Below, in pieces: positions 10,513 to 21,285 of a stretch of DNA of 32,679 bases. Position numbers and translations under genes: made by a program. The notes under the pieces were generated by a model. That model was given only the letters and a program-made list of their open reading frames with translations. It was not told where the DNA came from and made no database searches. How positions within the stretch are numbered: the stretch's first letter is position 1; every line of letters begins with the position of its first letter. The stretch covers positions 20,433,853-20,466,531 of the forward strand of contig NC_068986.1 in assembly GCF_001194135.2 (NCBI RefSeq). The letters are read 5' to 3'. The stretch is from Octopus bimaculoides (Eukaryota).

Positions 10513-12070
10513 TATGTATTGTTAATATAACAATACATAAAGACGGGCTAGAGTTGAAGTGCTCAGCATGAGCTAGAATTCATCTTATAGTAAAAATGGA
10601 TACATAAGGGTGGAAAATCACAGGAATAATACCATATGTCCAACGCAAGATACAATATGTGTGTTCAATTCCTTCAAGAATCAATAAATGAATTTATAGT
10701 ATTCAGTCTCTAAAGTGTCTAAAAGGTACGGTAAAAAGACAAGCAAATACAACAATAAAAACTTTAGAAATATCGTGAATGTTCAAAATATTCATTAAAA
10801 GAATATTTATAAATATGCATGATTTCTAAGTTGTATAAAAATATGACAATTAAAGTTAAAACATTACGATGTGTAAACGTATATTATGATATAACATATA
10901 ATGGGTAAATATATACGGTATGATGAAGTTATAAATTTACATGTATTATATTAAAAACGTGTACATTAGGACAAGATTTTAAAAAAACAAAAAAAAACAA
11001 CATATAATATAAAAGTTAAGTTAAAAGTATACATCTACGGACCGTTTCTGAGATGTGTCTATTAATTAATATGGTGTTGTACTCATATTAGAGATTAGAC
11101 ACTCCCTTCATCAGGATGTTTGTTTTACATATAGAGAGGAAGGAAAAAAATATAGAGAACATAAAAAGTTTAGAGTGATACTTTTAACTTAACTTTTATA
11201 TTANNNNNNNNNNNNNNNNNNNNNNNNNNNNNNNNNNNNNNNNNNNNNNNNNNNNNNNNNNNNNNNNNNNNNNNNNNNNNNNNNNNNNNNNNNNNNNNNN
11301 NNNNNNNNNNNNNNNNNNNNNNNNNNNNNNNNNNNNNNNNNNNNNNNNNNNNNNNNNNNNNNNNNNNNNNNNNNNNNNNNNNNNNNNNNNNNNNNNNNNN
11401 NNNNNNNNNNNNNNNNNNNNNNNNNNNNNNNNNNNNNNNNNNNNNNNNNNNNNNNNNNNNNNNNNNNNNNNNNNNNNNNNNNNNNNNNNNNNNNNNNNNN
11501 NNNNNNNNNNNNNNNNNNNNNNNNNNNNNNNNNNNNNNNNNNNNNNNNNNNNNNNNNNNNNNNNNNNNNNNNNNNNNNNNNNNNNNNNNNNNNNNNNNNN
11601 NNNNNNNNNNNNNNNNNNNNNNNNNNNNNNNNNNNNNNNNNNNNNNNNNNNNNNNNNNNNNNNNNNNNNNNNNNNNNNNNNNNNNNNNNNNNNNNNNNNN
11701 NNNNNNNNNNNNNNNNNNNNNNNNNNNNNNNNNNNNNNNNNNNNNNNNNCACATACATACATACATATATATATACATATATACGACAGGCTTCTTTCAG
11801 TTTCCGTCTACCAAATCCACTCACAAGGCTTTGGTCGGCCCGAGGCTATAGTAGAAGACACTTGCCCAAAGTTCATGATATTTCTAAAGTTTTTATTGTT
11901 GTATTTGCTTGTCTTTTTACCGTACCTTTTAGACACTTTAGAGACTGAATACTATAAATTCATTTATTGATTCTTGAAGGAATTGAACACACATATTGTA
12001 TCTTGCGTTGGACATATGGTATTATTCCTGTGATTTTCCACCCTTATGTATCCATTTTTACTATAAGATG
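10513..12070 (-). mobile_element. Probable Penelope-like non-autonomous element with an inverted terminal duplication
   Basis: 10581-10779 is the reverse complement of 11872-12070, and 11005-11030 of 11178-11203. A hammerhead motif lies in the central spacer and a 12-bp-stem hairpin at 10513-10539. No RT or GIY-YIG ORF was seen. Confidence 0.55.
11031..11119 (-). ncRNA. Type-I hammerhead ribozyme motif (Penelope-like/retrozyme type)
   Basis: The minus strand reads ACAUC-CUGAUGA-[59-nt stem II containing GUGUCUA/UAGACAC and UAAUAUG/CAUAUUA]-GAAAC-GGUCC-GUA-GAUGU. Stem I is ACAUC/GAUGU, stem III is ACGG-U-CCGU, and the cleavage triplet is GUA. The first stem II pair is an A-A mismatch. Confidence 0.75.
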
Positions 12071-12399
12071 TATGTATATATATATGTGTGTATATGTATA
12101 TATATCGTTGCAAACAAAACTAAAGAAAATTATTATATTTGATAACTTTATTAAATTCGTTTTTGTTTCACACATTATATATTTGGCTCTTTGCCATTGT
12201 TATTGCTTGTTAATAAAATATTTAATCAAGACAAATGGTTTGTTATGTATATTTAGTTTTGATATGCGTTGTTTTTTATTTTATTTATTATGTATTAGAA
12301 TACAATAGAATTGTACAATATAATAAGACTAATAATGGAATAATAATACATTATGATAGAACAAAAGAATAATGCAATATGTTAAGATGATAGAAATAG

Positions 12400-12850
12400 T
12401 GATTTCAAATTTTTGCCATAAGGGCAGCTTGAAGGATGTGGGGATGAATCGATTACATCAACCCCAGTGCGTAACTGGTACTTATTTTATCGACCCCGAA
12501 AGGATGAAAAGCAAAGTCAACCTCAGTGGAATTTGAACTCAGAACATAACGACAGGTGAAATGCCACTAAGCATTTCGTCCAGCATGCTAACGATTCTGC
12601 CAGCTCGTCACCTTTCAGATTAAATGCAATAATAATCTATAATCCTTTTTACTTTAGTCACAAAGCTTGAAATATTGTGGGGAGGGTTAGTTGATTACAT
12701 GGACCCCAGTGTTCAACTGGTACTTATTTTATGGACCCTGAAAGGGTGAAAAGTAAAATTGACCTAAGCAGAATTTGAACTCAGAATATGAAAATGGACA
12801 AAATGCTGCTGAGCATTTTGTTCAGTAATAATTCTGCCAGCTTGCTGCTT
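12400..12850 (-). mobile_element. Two tandem copies of a second tRNA-SINE family (ggtacttattttatcgaccccgaaagg central domain, probably Nin-domain)
   Basis: The shared core also occurs at ~2650-2800, 8820-9030, 13340-13580 (+), 14490-14670, 17025-17350, 24865-24950 and 30285-30660. Confidence 0.7.
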
Positions 12851-12852
12851 TA

Positions 12853-12925
<73 letters not shown>

Positions 12926-12930
12926 GAATA
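12853..12930 (+). repeat. (TAA)n microsatellite
   Basis: Read directly from the sequence. Confidence 0.95.
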
Positions 12931-14764
12931 ATAGTTATCATCATCATTTGGTGTAATCTGCTCTCGGCACATTGAGTACCCAAGATTTCCATTCAGGTAG
13001 TCTATGATCCGTGATTTAATATGGACACAATTATAAGTACATGGTGGGGGTCTCAATCATTTCATGATGGCTGGCCACAAGTCTGTGTTTTGCTATCATG
13101 CCCTCTGTCCATATTGGGTTCATCTGCCATTTCAATCTTTGTGCACTTGGGGGGTAATATCACCTATATAACAATACTTCTGAGATTGTTGATACCCTCT
13201 TCTTAGTTTTGCTCACAAGCCAAAGCAAGGTACTGTCAGATCATTGCTTTACCCAGAATATATAATGGTTTCTAATTTAGGAACGAGGCCAGCAACTTAG
13301 AAGGGTTGGATTTGAACTCAGAATATAAAAGATTAAAAGAAAGGCGGTGAGCTGGCAGAAATGTTAGCACGCCAGGCGAAATGCTTAGTGGTATTTCGTC
13401 TGTCTTTACGGTCTGGGTTCAGATTCCACCGAGGTCAACTTTGTTTTTTGTCCTTTTGGGGTCGATAAACTAAGTACCAGTTACGTACTGGAGTTGATGT
13501 AATCGACTTAATCCCTTTGTCTGTTCTTGTTTATCCTCTCTATGTTTAGCCCCTTGTAGGCAATAAAGAAATAAGAAATACCAGATGGCATTTGTTTCCA
13601 GTCTTCCATGAAAACATGTCTGGCCACAAGAAAATATTATCTTACTTGAAAACAGGTAATGTTTGGCAACAAGAAGGTCATCTAGCCATAGAAAGTTTGT
13701 CCCAATGAATTCTACATGACCCATGAAAAGTGGATGTTAAAGCGATGATGATTATGGTATAAAGCAGGTGTTTTTCATCTGTTATAATTCCATTCACATT
13801 AAGGATGTTTTAAAAGATGATAAAATGACCCTTGCCCCCTTGAACAGTAATTTTATTTACTCACCCTGGAAAGAAGGAAAGTAAAGTTAACTTCAGTAGG
13901 GTTTGTGTTCAAATTACTTTCAGCATTTCACATCATTCAGAATGGAAAGAGATGTAACTAAACACCACAAGGTATTTTGTCCAGTGTAGCAAGGTATTTA
14001 ATGACATCACTGGTACCATATAAAACGTACCTAGTATACACTGTGAAGTAGTTGGTGCTTGAAAGAGCACCCAACTGTAGAAACCATACCAAAACAGACA
14101 TTGGGACATGGTGCACTCCTCTGGCTGGCCTGCTCTTGTGTCAAACCATTCAACCTGTGCCAGCATGGAAAATGGATGTTAGATGATGCCGATGATGACT
14201 ACGTAATAATTCTGCCTTTAGTTACTCAATTATCGCCCACTCCTTTTCATTAATTAGCCTGATGAATCTCATGATTTAAACCAACTATTTATTATTAAAG
14301 TAAATAAATGCTATGTTGTCAGATTAAGATGTTGGCAAATTAAGGTTGTGACCCAGTTTCAGTTCCTCCTGGCTGGAAATACTTCATTCAACTAAATACT
14401 AAAGAGAAAAATTCCACCATTGTTGTAATAACAATTTCTCCAGCATTAATTTTTATTGATAAAGACGTGATAGAAATGTTAAATTCTGAGTGAACCAAAA
14501 TACCAGCAATTTTTGAGGGAAGAAGATTTGGCGATACCATTGCCTTCAGTACTTCACTGGTATTTGTTTTATCAACCCCACGAGAAGGAAAAACAAAGCT
14601 GACTTCAGTGGGATTTAAATTCAGAATGTAAAACCGTGCTATGCATTTTATCCAACTCTAATCAGTCCTGATAGAGCAGACAGACTTATGATAAGTTCAG
14701 TGAAACCAAGACCATGTTGTTGTTTCTTCTTGAATGGTATACTTTAGACATTGTTCAATGTATC

Positions 14765-15194
14765 CAGCATTGGATTAACCATTAAGCAAAATAATAAGCA
14801 TGTGCTTAGGGCATCAAGGGAAGGAGGGGGGCACCACAGAAATGGTAAATGATTTACAGCACAAAAGAAATCACTTTACACTTTCTAAAATAACATTCAG
14901 GACGCCTTTATCTCTACTAAGTATAGATGAAGATGTGTTACCTAAAATTAATTTTGAGGATCTGGTCAAAGACTTTGCAATTCAAGAAAGTAGGAGGAAA
15001 CTTTTCAAATATAAATAAAGTGGAAATATACAAAAATAAACATTTTTTTCCCTCTCACTTTTTTGTTTCGTTTTGAAAAAAAAAAATTTATTTTATGGTT
15101 TGTTACTGTTTATATTTTGAATTACATAATCTTTTTGTGGGGCACCGAAATCTCTTAAGTGCTTACGGCCATGATGGGTCTTAATCCAGCCTTG
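14765..15194 (+). mobile_element. hAT internal-deletion derivative retaining the transposase C-terminus
   Basis: TIRs CAGCATTGGATTAA / TTAATCCAGCCTTG, and an 8-bp TSD aatgtatc/agtgtatc (7 of 8 match). Internal SLLSIDEDVLPKINFEDLVKDFAIQESRRKLF* resembles the hAT C-terminal dimerisation region. Confidence 0.8.
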
Positions 15195-15738
15195 AGTGTA
15201 TCCTTTCATAAGAGAGCTGTCTTACAAAAAGAAACATGAATGGTTTGAGGGAGATTTGATTAGTATTTCTAGCAAGTTAAGTGACCTAGTAGAAGCTCCC
15301 TCATTGCCTTGTTATGGAAACTGTTTTAGTTGCAGGTAAAGAATAAAATGTGAAAAATGTGTTATGAGGACAATAACATAGTGTTTTGTCATAATTTTCT
15401 GGGGATCTTTTTTTTCTTTATTAATGTGTCATGGTTGGTTGACTTGCTAGAATGTTGGCTAACTAGAAGAAGTGATCATGGCCCATTTACTACTATGAAT
15501 ATTTTATTATATATCATGCAAAGACTTAACCCTTACTTTCTGATACAATGGAGAGGAGTAAGGCACAGTTCACTGCTTTGGTATCAAAAAGACTGTGTAA
15601 TAAACTTCTTTTGACAAGCTGTAAGACTAATTTTTTATTGGCATATTCCTAGCATAATTTTGATGTATCTTGGGAGTGTCGTTATGCCAATAATAAACAC
15701 ACACGCTGGTTCTATTCACTTCTTTATTATTTATTTCC

Positions 15739-15951
15739 CAATTGGTTAACTATTTAACCCAGTTAACTAATCAATCATTTGATTAATCATTTAGTCAGTC
15801 AATCAATCAATTAGATTTGTCAAAGTCCTTTTGTTGTTATTCATGATCTCATCAATAACATGCTCTCTCTACTTCAGCTCTGATTGAATGATCAATGCAA
15901 TGAGTAATTAAAAGGATTGATTAGCTAATTGGTTAACTGGTTAACCAGTTG
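15739..15951. mobile_element. MITE with ~37-bp imperfect TIRs built from GGTTAAC motifs
   Basis: caattggttaactatttaacccagttaactaatcaatc versus the reverse complement of gattgattagctaattggttaactggttaaccagttg. Confidence 0.55.
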
Positions 15952-16029
15952 ATAAATAAATGACAAAGAAGTGAAATAGAATCAGTGCATGTGTTGAAAT
16001 TTCAACATCAACAACAGTGTATTTTTGTT

Positions 16030-16212
16030 TGTATGTATGTATGTATGTATGTGTGTATGTATGTATGTATGTATGTATGTATGTATGTATGCATGTATGC
16101 ATGTATGTATGTATGTATACATTTATGTATGTATGTATGTATGTATGTATACATTTATGTATGTATGTATACATTTATGTATGTATGTATGTATATATGT
16201 ATGTATGTATGT
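16030..16212 (+). repeat. (TATG)n microsatellite
   Basis: Read directly from the sequence. It produces the spurious YIHT and MYVC ORFs. Confidence 0.95.
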
Positions 16213-16609
16213 TTGTATTTGTGTTTACCGGTGTTATGTCAAAAGCGTAACTTAGCAATTCAATCAATATGAATCGATAAAATAAATACTAAAGAATTAC
16301 AACCTCAATATGATCGCAGTCCAATGTCTGAAACCAGTAAAATAATTGCGTAATATCGACATTTTGACATTGAAGAGACAGACAGACAGACAGACAGACA
16401 ACAACCTCCTGACTTATCGACGGCCACTTTCATAAACATAACAAACATGTAATAAGATTGTCATAATTCTGTTAATTTTATCTCAAGAAAAAATATATAT
16501 ATATTGACTCATTTATTAAGTTATTCTTAACGGTCTGAAACACCAATTAAGATCTTCAGAGTTGTTTCCCTTCCATCATTTATTCTCGATGAAGTCTACC
16601 TTGGCTCTT

Positions 16610-17022
16610 TCTTTACCTCTTTTACTTGTTTCAGTCATTTGACTGTGGCCATGTTGGAGCACTGCCTTTAGTCGAGCAAATCGACCCCAGGACTTATTCT
16701 TTGTAAGCCTAGTATCTATTCTATCAGTCTCTTTTGCCGAACCGCTAAGTTACGGGGACCTTAACACACCAGCATCGGTTGTCAAGCGATGCTGGGGGGA
16801 CAAACAAGGACACATAAACATACGCACACACACACACACACATATATATATACATATATATGACGGGTTTCTTTCAGTTTCTGTCTACTAAATCCACTCG
16901 CAAGGCTTTGGTCGGCCCAAGGCTATACTAGAAGACATTTGCCCAAGGTGCCACGCAGTGGGACTGAACCCAGAACCATGTGGTTCGTAAGCAAGCAACT
17001 TATCACACAGCCACTCCTACAC
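16610..17022 (-). mobile_element. Full-length SINE, same family
   Basis: Reverse complement of the 2817 element. Confidence 0.85.
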
Positions 17023-17465
17023 CTTCACTTTTCTTCAGGGTCGATAAAACAAAGTACCAGTCGTGCATTTAGGGCGATGTAATCGACCAATCCCATCCCT
17101 TTAAAACTGTTATCCTTTTCTGCCAAAATCAAAAATCATTATCGAGCTGACACAATCGTTAGAGCTGTCCGAAAAAATGCTTTGCTCTTCAGGCTCTTTA
17201 CGCTCCAAGTTCAATTCACGCCGAAGTCGAGTTTGCTTTATATATTTCCGGGACTGGTTGATAAAACGAAGTATCATTCAAGCACTTAGATCAATGATAT
17301 CGATTATCCCCCTCCCTTTAAATTTGTTGGCCTTGTGTCAAAATTAGAAACAATTATTTAGTAATATAGTGTTGCGGTGGAAGTATGCCATTGACCAGGT
17401 CGCAGACAAGACGACGAAACTTTTGACACGAAATAATAAGCTTTTAAATGAAGTTAACAGTTTAT

Positions 17466-17496
<31 letters not shown>

Positions 17497-17500
<4 letters not shown>

Positions 17501-18075
17501 CATCCATCTTCTCTGCCTGCGGGAGGGGATTGGGAGTTTGGTAGCGTCCTCAAGCATTTCCTCTTATGGTCCTATCAGAAAGAACCGCCATTATACTTTC
17601 CACGTAGAATCCCAAGCGTGACCAACTGAGTCAATGGATATTATCCAACTATGTTCGTTCTTGGTCTACCCTTAGGTCTCCTATCAGTTGGCTCGGCTTG
17701 AAGAATTCTTGCCTGCGATATTCTAATTTCGTATCGGTATTATCGGAGTTGTGACTTCCCGATGCAGAGAAGCCGTGGCTCGATCTGAAGAGACTCCCTC
17801 ATCTCCCAGCTACGCACCTCGTCGAGTAACCTTACTCAAGATATGCTTCGGAAGAATTCCATTTCGACCGCTTGTGTTCGTGATCGTAATCTTTTGGTCA
17901 TTAGCCTACCTTCTTTGACCCCAGGTGAAAATAGGGACGAAAACCGAACTGAAGATTGCGAGTTTGACATTTTTTTAATACCCTCTTCGCTTCTGGGGGT
18001 CAAATGTTGGAGCCAGCGGATTACTTTGCCAGCTTTTGCAATTCTAACGTCTAATTCACGCTGTAATTGCAATTT
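17497..18075 (-). mobile_element. Degraded RTE LINE 3' fragment, Expander/Rex3-like
   Basis: Encodes RLRSRTQAVEMEFFRSIS*VRLLDEVRSWEMRESLQIEPRLLCIGKSQLR*...QAEPTDRRPKGRPRT and ends GCAGAGAAGATGGATGG followed by (CA)n. Confidence 0.75.
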
Positions 18076-18099
18076 TGTTATAATATAAAATTTCTAAAA

Positions 18100-18720
18100 G
18101 TTGTTTCCCTTGCATGCTGATTATCACAAAAATATACGAGGGATTGTATTCCCATTACTCCGCCAAGGCCAACTTCAAAACCTAAACATTCAATGTCACA
18201 CGAGGAATCGAACTCTTCGAACGAATTGTGTGGCTTTCATGTTGTCCTTTGGCTTGACGTCGAAAAAAATACGAAATAGGAGTATGAAAAATTTGACGTG
18301 TGATTATATTCTTTCTGTAATTTTGTATTTTTTTTATTGCTTCTATCATTTTGAAAACACGTGTTTCCTTTAAGTTTTCCTTAGCTTTTTGACAACGTTT
18401 ACCTGCATAAGTTTTTTCTTTTATTTTTATTCCCACCTCTTCATTATTCAGTGCAGTTTGTATTTTCTGTTGAGATGTACGTTTTGCGGTTTTGACACAT
18501 TCACACACCTCGACAGCTAAGAACCCGCAAGAAAACCAGTGCAAGGTCGCTCGACCTATGAGCAATAACAACTAAATTTCCCTCAAACCACACTTAATAA
18601 GAAAAAGATACATTGGAGCGGGCTTTCGGAAATGCTGTCACGAATAAGATGGTGGATTAACAGAATCTGTAAAGCATCGGCGAAACTTTAATTTATGATA
18701 AAAAAAATTTGTTTACTAAA
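18100..18720. promoter_or_regulatory. Candidate CpG-retaining promoter region upstream of MRM1
   Basis: Non-repetitive, visibly richer in CG dinucleotides than the flanks (judged by eye), and about 2.1 kb upstream of the MRM1 acceptor at 20798. Confidence 0.4.
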
Positions 18721-18875
18721 CTATGAATCTCTTACGTTTAAAATGTATAATTCAAACAGGTGTAGGCATAGTTGCATGATTGAGAAGCTTGCTTCCCAAC
18801 CTTTTGGATTTGGGCTCAGTTCCAGTACGTGTTACTTTGAGCAGAGTGGAAAGAAATGAACCAAGCATGCTCCAT

Positions 18876-19140
18876 TGAATGTGCAATGTGAGAGTGTGTG
18901 AAAGAATTAGTAAAAAGGTGCTGATTGGAAAACTGAGTCTAAGAGGAATCATATGTGTACAAGAAGACTCCACTGGATGAGGACAGCTTTATAAAGAAGT
19001 GTCATTCACTTAATGTGGCTGAAACCTGTGGGAAGAGGAGAGATGGATGAAGTGGTGAAGGGTGACCTCAGGACCCCAAACCTGACGTATGAGATGACAA
19101 AGGACCAGGATTTTTGACGATGAGAAGTTCTCAAAATGAC
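18876..19140 (+). mobile_element. Degraded RTE LINE ORF 3' fragment
   Basis: With frameshifts it reads CNVRVCERISKKVLIGKLSLRGIICVQE...DEDSFIKKCHSLNVAETCG...DEVVKGDLRTPNLTYEMTKDQDF*R, the same C-terminal type as 7940-8020. Confidence 0.7.
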
Positions 19141-19873
19141 TGACGCAAAACTGAGTTGTGGAAATGTTGTTTTGGGTTCCCCACCTTCATACATTATGCC
19201 AGCCTCTTCCCTCTGCTCCCACCAGCTCCACAGAGTACTGAGCCATATCATATCTCTCTCTTCTCCTTCCCCATCCCCTAGGAACTATATTATCGTTACA
19301 ACTCCTGCTGCTTACTGCCCCTTTTCTTCTGCATCTCTCTATCTTCTCCAACTCGTGGTTCTTGTTTCATCCATCATTCAACCCTATTTATTTTGGCTGT
19401 CTGCCTCCCACCCCTCATCTACCTTCCCATACAGTCTTACAAACCACCCATCCGCTTCTACTCATCTTGTGCTTGTGGTGCTACCCGGGTAACTTATCAT
19501 CATTGTTTTTGTGTTGTAGTTCCTACTGTTTCTTTTCTCTTTATCCCCACCTTCTTTCCCCTACTAGATGTGAGTAACCATGCAGATCCCTTTACAGGAA
19601 CCTGCTCCATTTTTCATAGTAATCCCCTCAGCCCCTAGCATGAAGCTGGCTCCCCATCCCTTTCAGTAGTTAGTGAATTGTATGGTAACCTTAACAGGGC
19701 AGATGACAAGAAATGAAGTACCCCATCCACACTGTAAAGTGGTTGGTGCTAGGAAGGGCATCCAGCTGCAAGGTATGTGCCAAAGCTGACCTTAGAGCTC
19801 AATGTTGTTCTTAGAAACATCGGATCTTGTGAAACCAGCCAACCCTGTGTGCAGACAATTTGCCAACAGATAA

Positions 19874-20005
19874 TTCCCACACGGCCCCAGGCTCAACATG
19901 GAGGCCTACATCAAGTGCTTGAAGGAGGTTGTGCTGCTCTGGGTCAAGAGGGTGGCTGCTGGAACACCCTATATCTGGCAACAGGACTTTGCACCAAGCC
20001 ACACA
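19874..20005 (+). mobile_element. Tc1/mariner-superfamily transposase fragment
   Basis: FPHGPRLNMEAYIKCLKEVVLLWVKRVAAGTPYIWQQDFAPSHT contains the second catalytic Asp motif QQDxAPxH. Confidence 0.75.
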
Positions 20006-20827
20006 ATAGTCCTGTCTGTAAGCTGTCTGTCGGCGAATTGTCTGTCTGCCATCCAACCCATGCCAGTATGACATTTAATAATGATACAACATTTTAACTT
20101 TTATCAAATTTCTTCATGCTTATACAAAATGAGGAAAGGAATACTAATTTTCAAAAGAAATATATTTATAATCTTAAGATTAAAAAAAAGAAGCTATTTT
20201 TTTCATTTGAATATTTGCAATAAACATGTTATTACTTTCCTAATTTTTATTAACGTATTCACAATCTATTCCATTGAAAACCTGTGCCTGCAAAAAAATT
20301 TCATTTACAAATGTGTATTTTCCAGAAAGTTATGACATTCATCCTGCATCTTTTTTATGTTAATTTTCTCTGTACCTTGTTTTTACTTTCTCTCCCTCAC
20401 TTCTCTCTGTATGATGTAAAGCATGACTAGAGAAATCATCCAGCCACTATCAAACTGAGACTATGCAGTAGGAAGAATGTTGTGGAATCTATAAACGTGA
20501 GAGAAAAAGAGAACATCAATTTGGTGGATTCTGTGAACAATAGAATGTAAAATAAAGGGAGGGAGATTAGTTTATCTTTTATCCTTCTGATTATCATCAT
20601 CATCAATAACCTCCGTTCTCCATGCTAGTAATGGGGTTGATAATATATAAATGCTAATCAACTAGTCAAATATTGAGATTGATTTAATCAATTATTTTTA
20701 TCCTCCTAAATTGTACCTATGTTTGAAATGAATTTTTTTATCATTTACACTCTGTCTCTTATCAAATGCTTATTTTATTTTATTTTTTCCGTCTGCAGGA
20801 AAATAAACCATAGAATTTCTCCTAAAG

Positions 20828-21027
20828 ATGTCCTACCAGTTACTGCTTCAGTTTGTCCGTTGCAGTCGTCTTGTTGGAGAGAAAAATACAAATTTTTTCC
20901 ATTTAAGGCAAACACAATTGCTGCTTACCAAAGTAAAGAATGTGATATTTTCCTCCAATTTCTCTAACAAGTCTTCATTGCCAGATTACAATTATAATCT
21001 TCCAGGAGAAGGAAAACGCAAGAAACA
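20828..21027 (+). CDS. MRM1: Probable first coding exon of MRM1, with a mitochondrial-targeting-like N-terminus
   Basis: Strong acceptor ttttttccgtctgcag ending at 20798 and ATG at 20828. MSYQLLLQFVRCSRLVGEKNTNFFHLRQ... is rich in R/K/S/L with few acidic residues. Candidate donor GTAATT at 21028. No direct homology was recognised, so the assignment is positional. Confidence 0.5.
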
Positions 21028-21285
21028 GTAATTTCTTTCCACTTTTTTATTTTTATCATTTTACAGCTTTTTCTTTCCTACTTCTGGAATATTGTTCTGT
21101 TACACTCAATAAATTAAATATCAGTGAAACACTGGACTCGATGTAATCGACTTAGCCCCTCCCCCCAAATTTCAGGCCTTGTGCCTTTAGTAGAAAGGTT
21201 TATTATTATTATTAAGGTGGTGAGCTGGCAGAATCGTTAGCAAATCATTAGCAACATTTTGCTCATCTTTCTGAGTTCAAATTAT

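Noticed and set aside
9699-11824. Long ORFs in the track spanning N runs (also 21909-22867 and 25049-25802)
   Set aside because: They are artefacts of gaps and (TA)n tracts. Only the 25722-25798 portion is real MRM1 coding sequence.
14255-14290. Other CTGATGA occurrences (14257, 29186) as hammerhead cores
   Set aside because: There is no downstream GAAA/stem III/NUH with a pairing stem I.
18182-18571. 129-aa minus-strand ORF
   Set aside because: It has a non-ATG start, a Lys-rich composition driven by T-runs and no recognisable domain. It is kept only as a possible non-coding first exon region.
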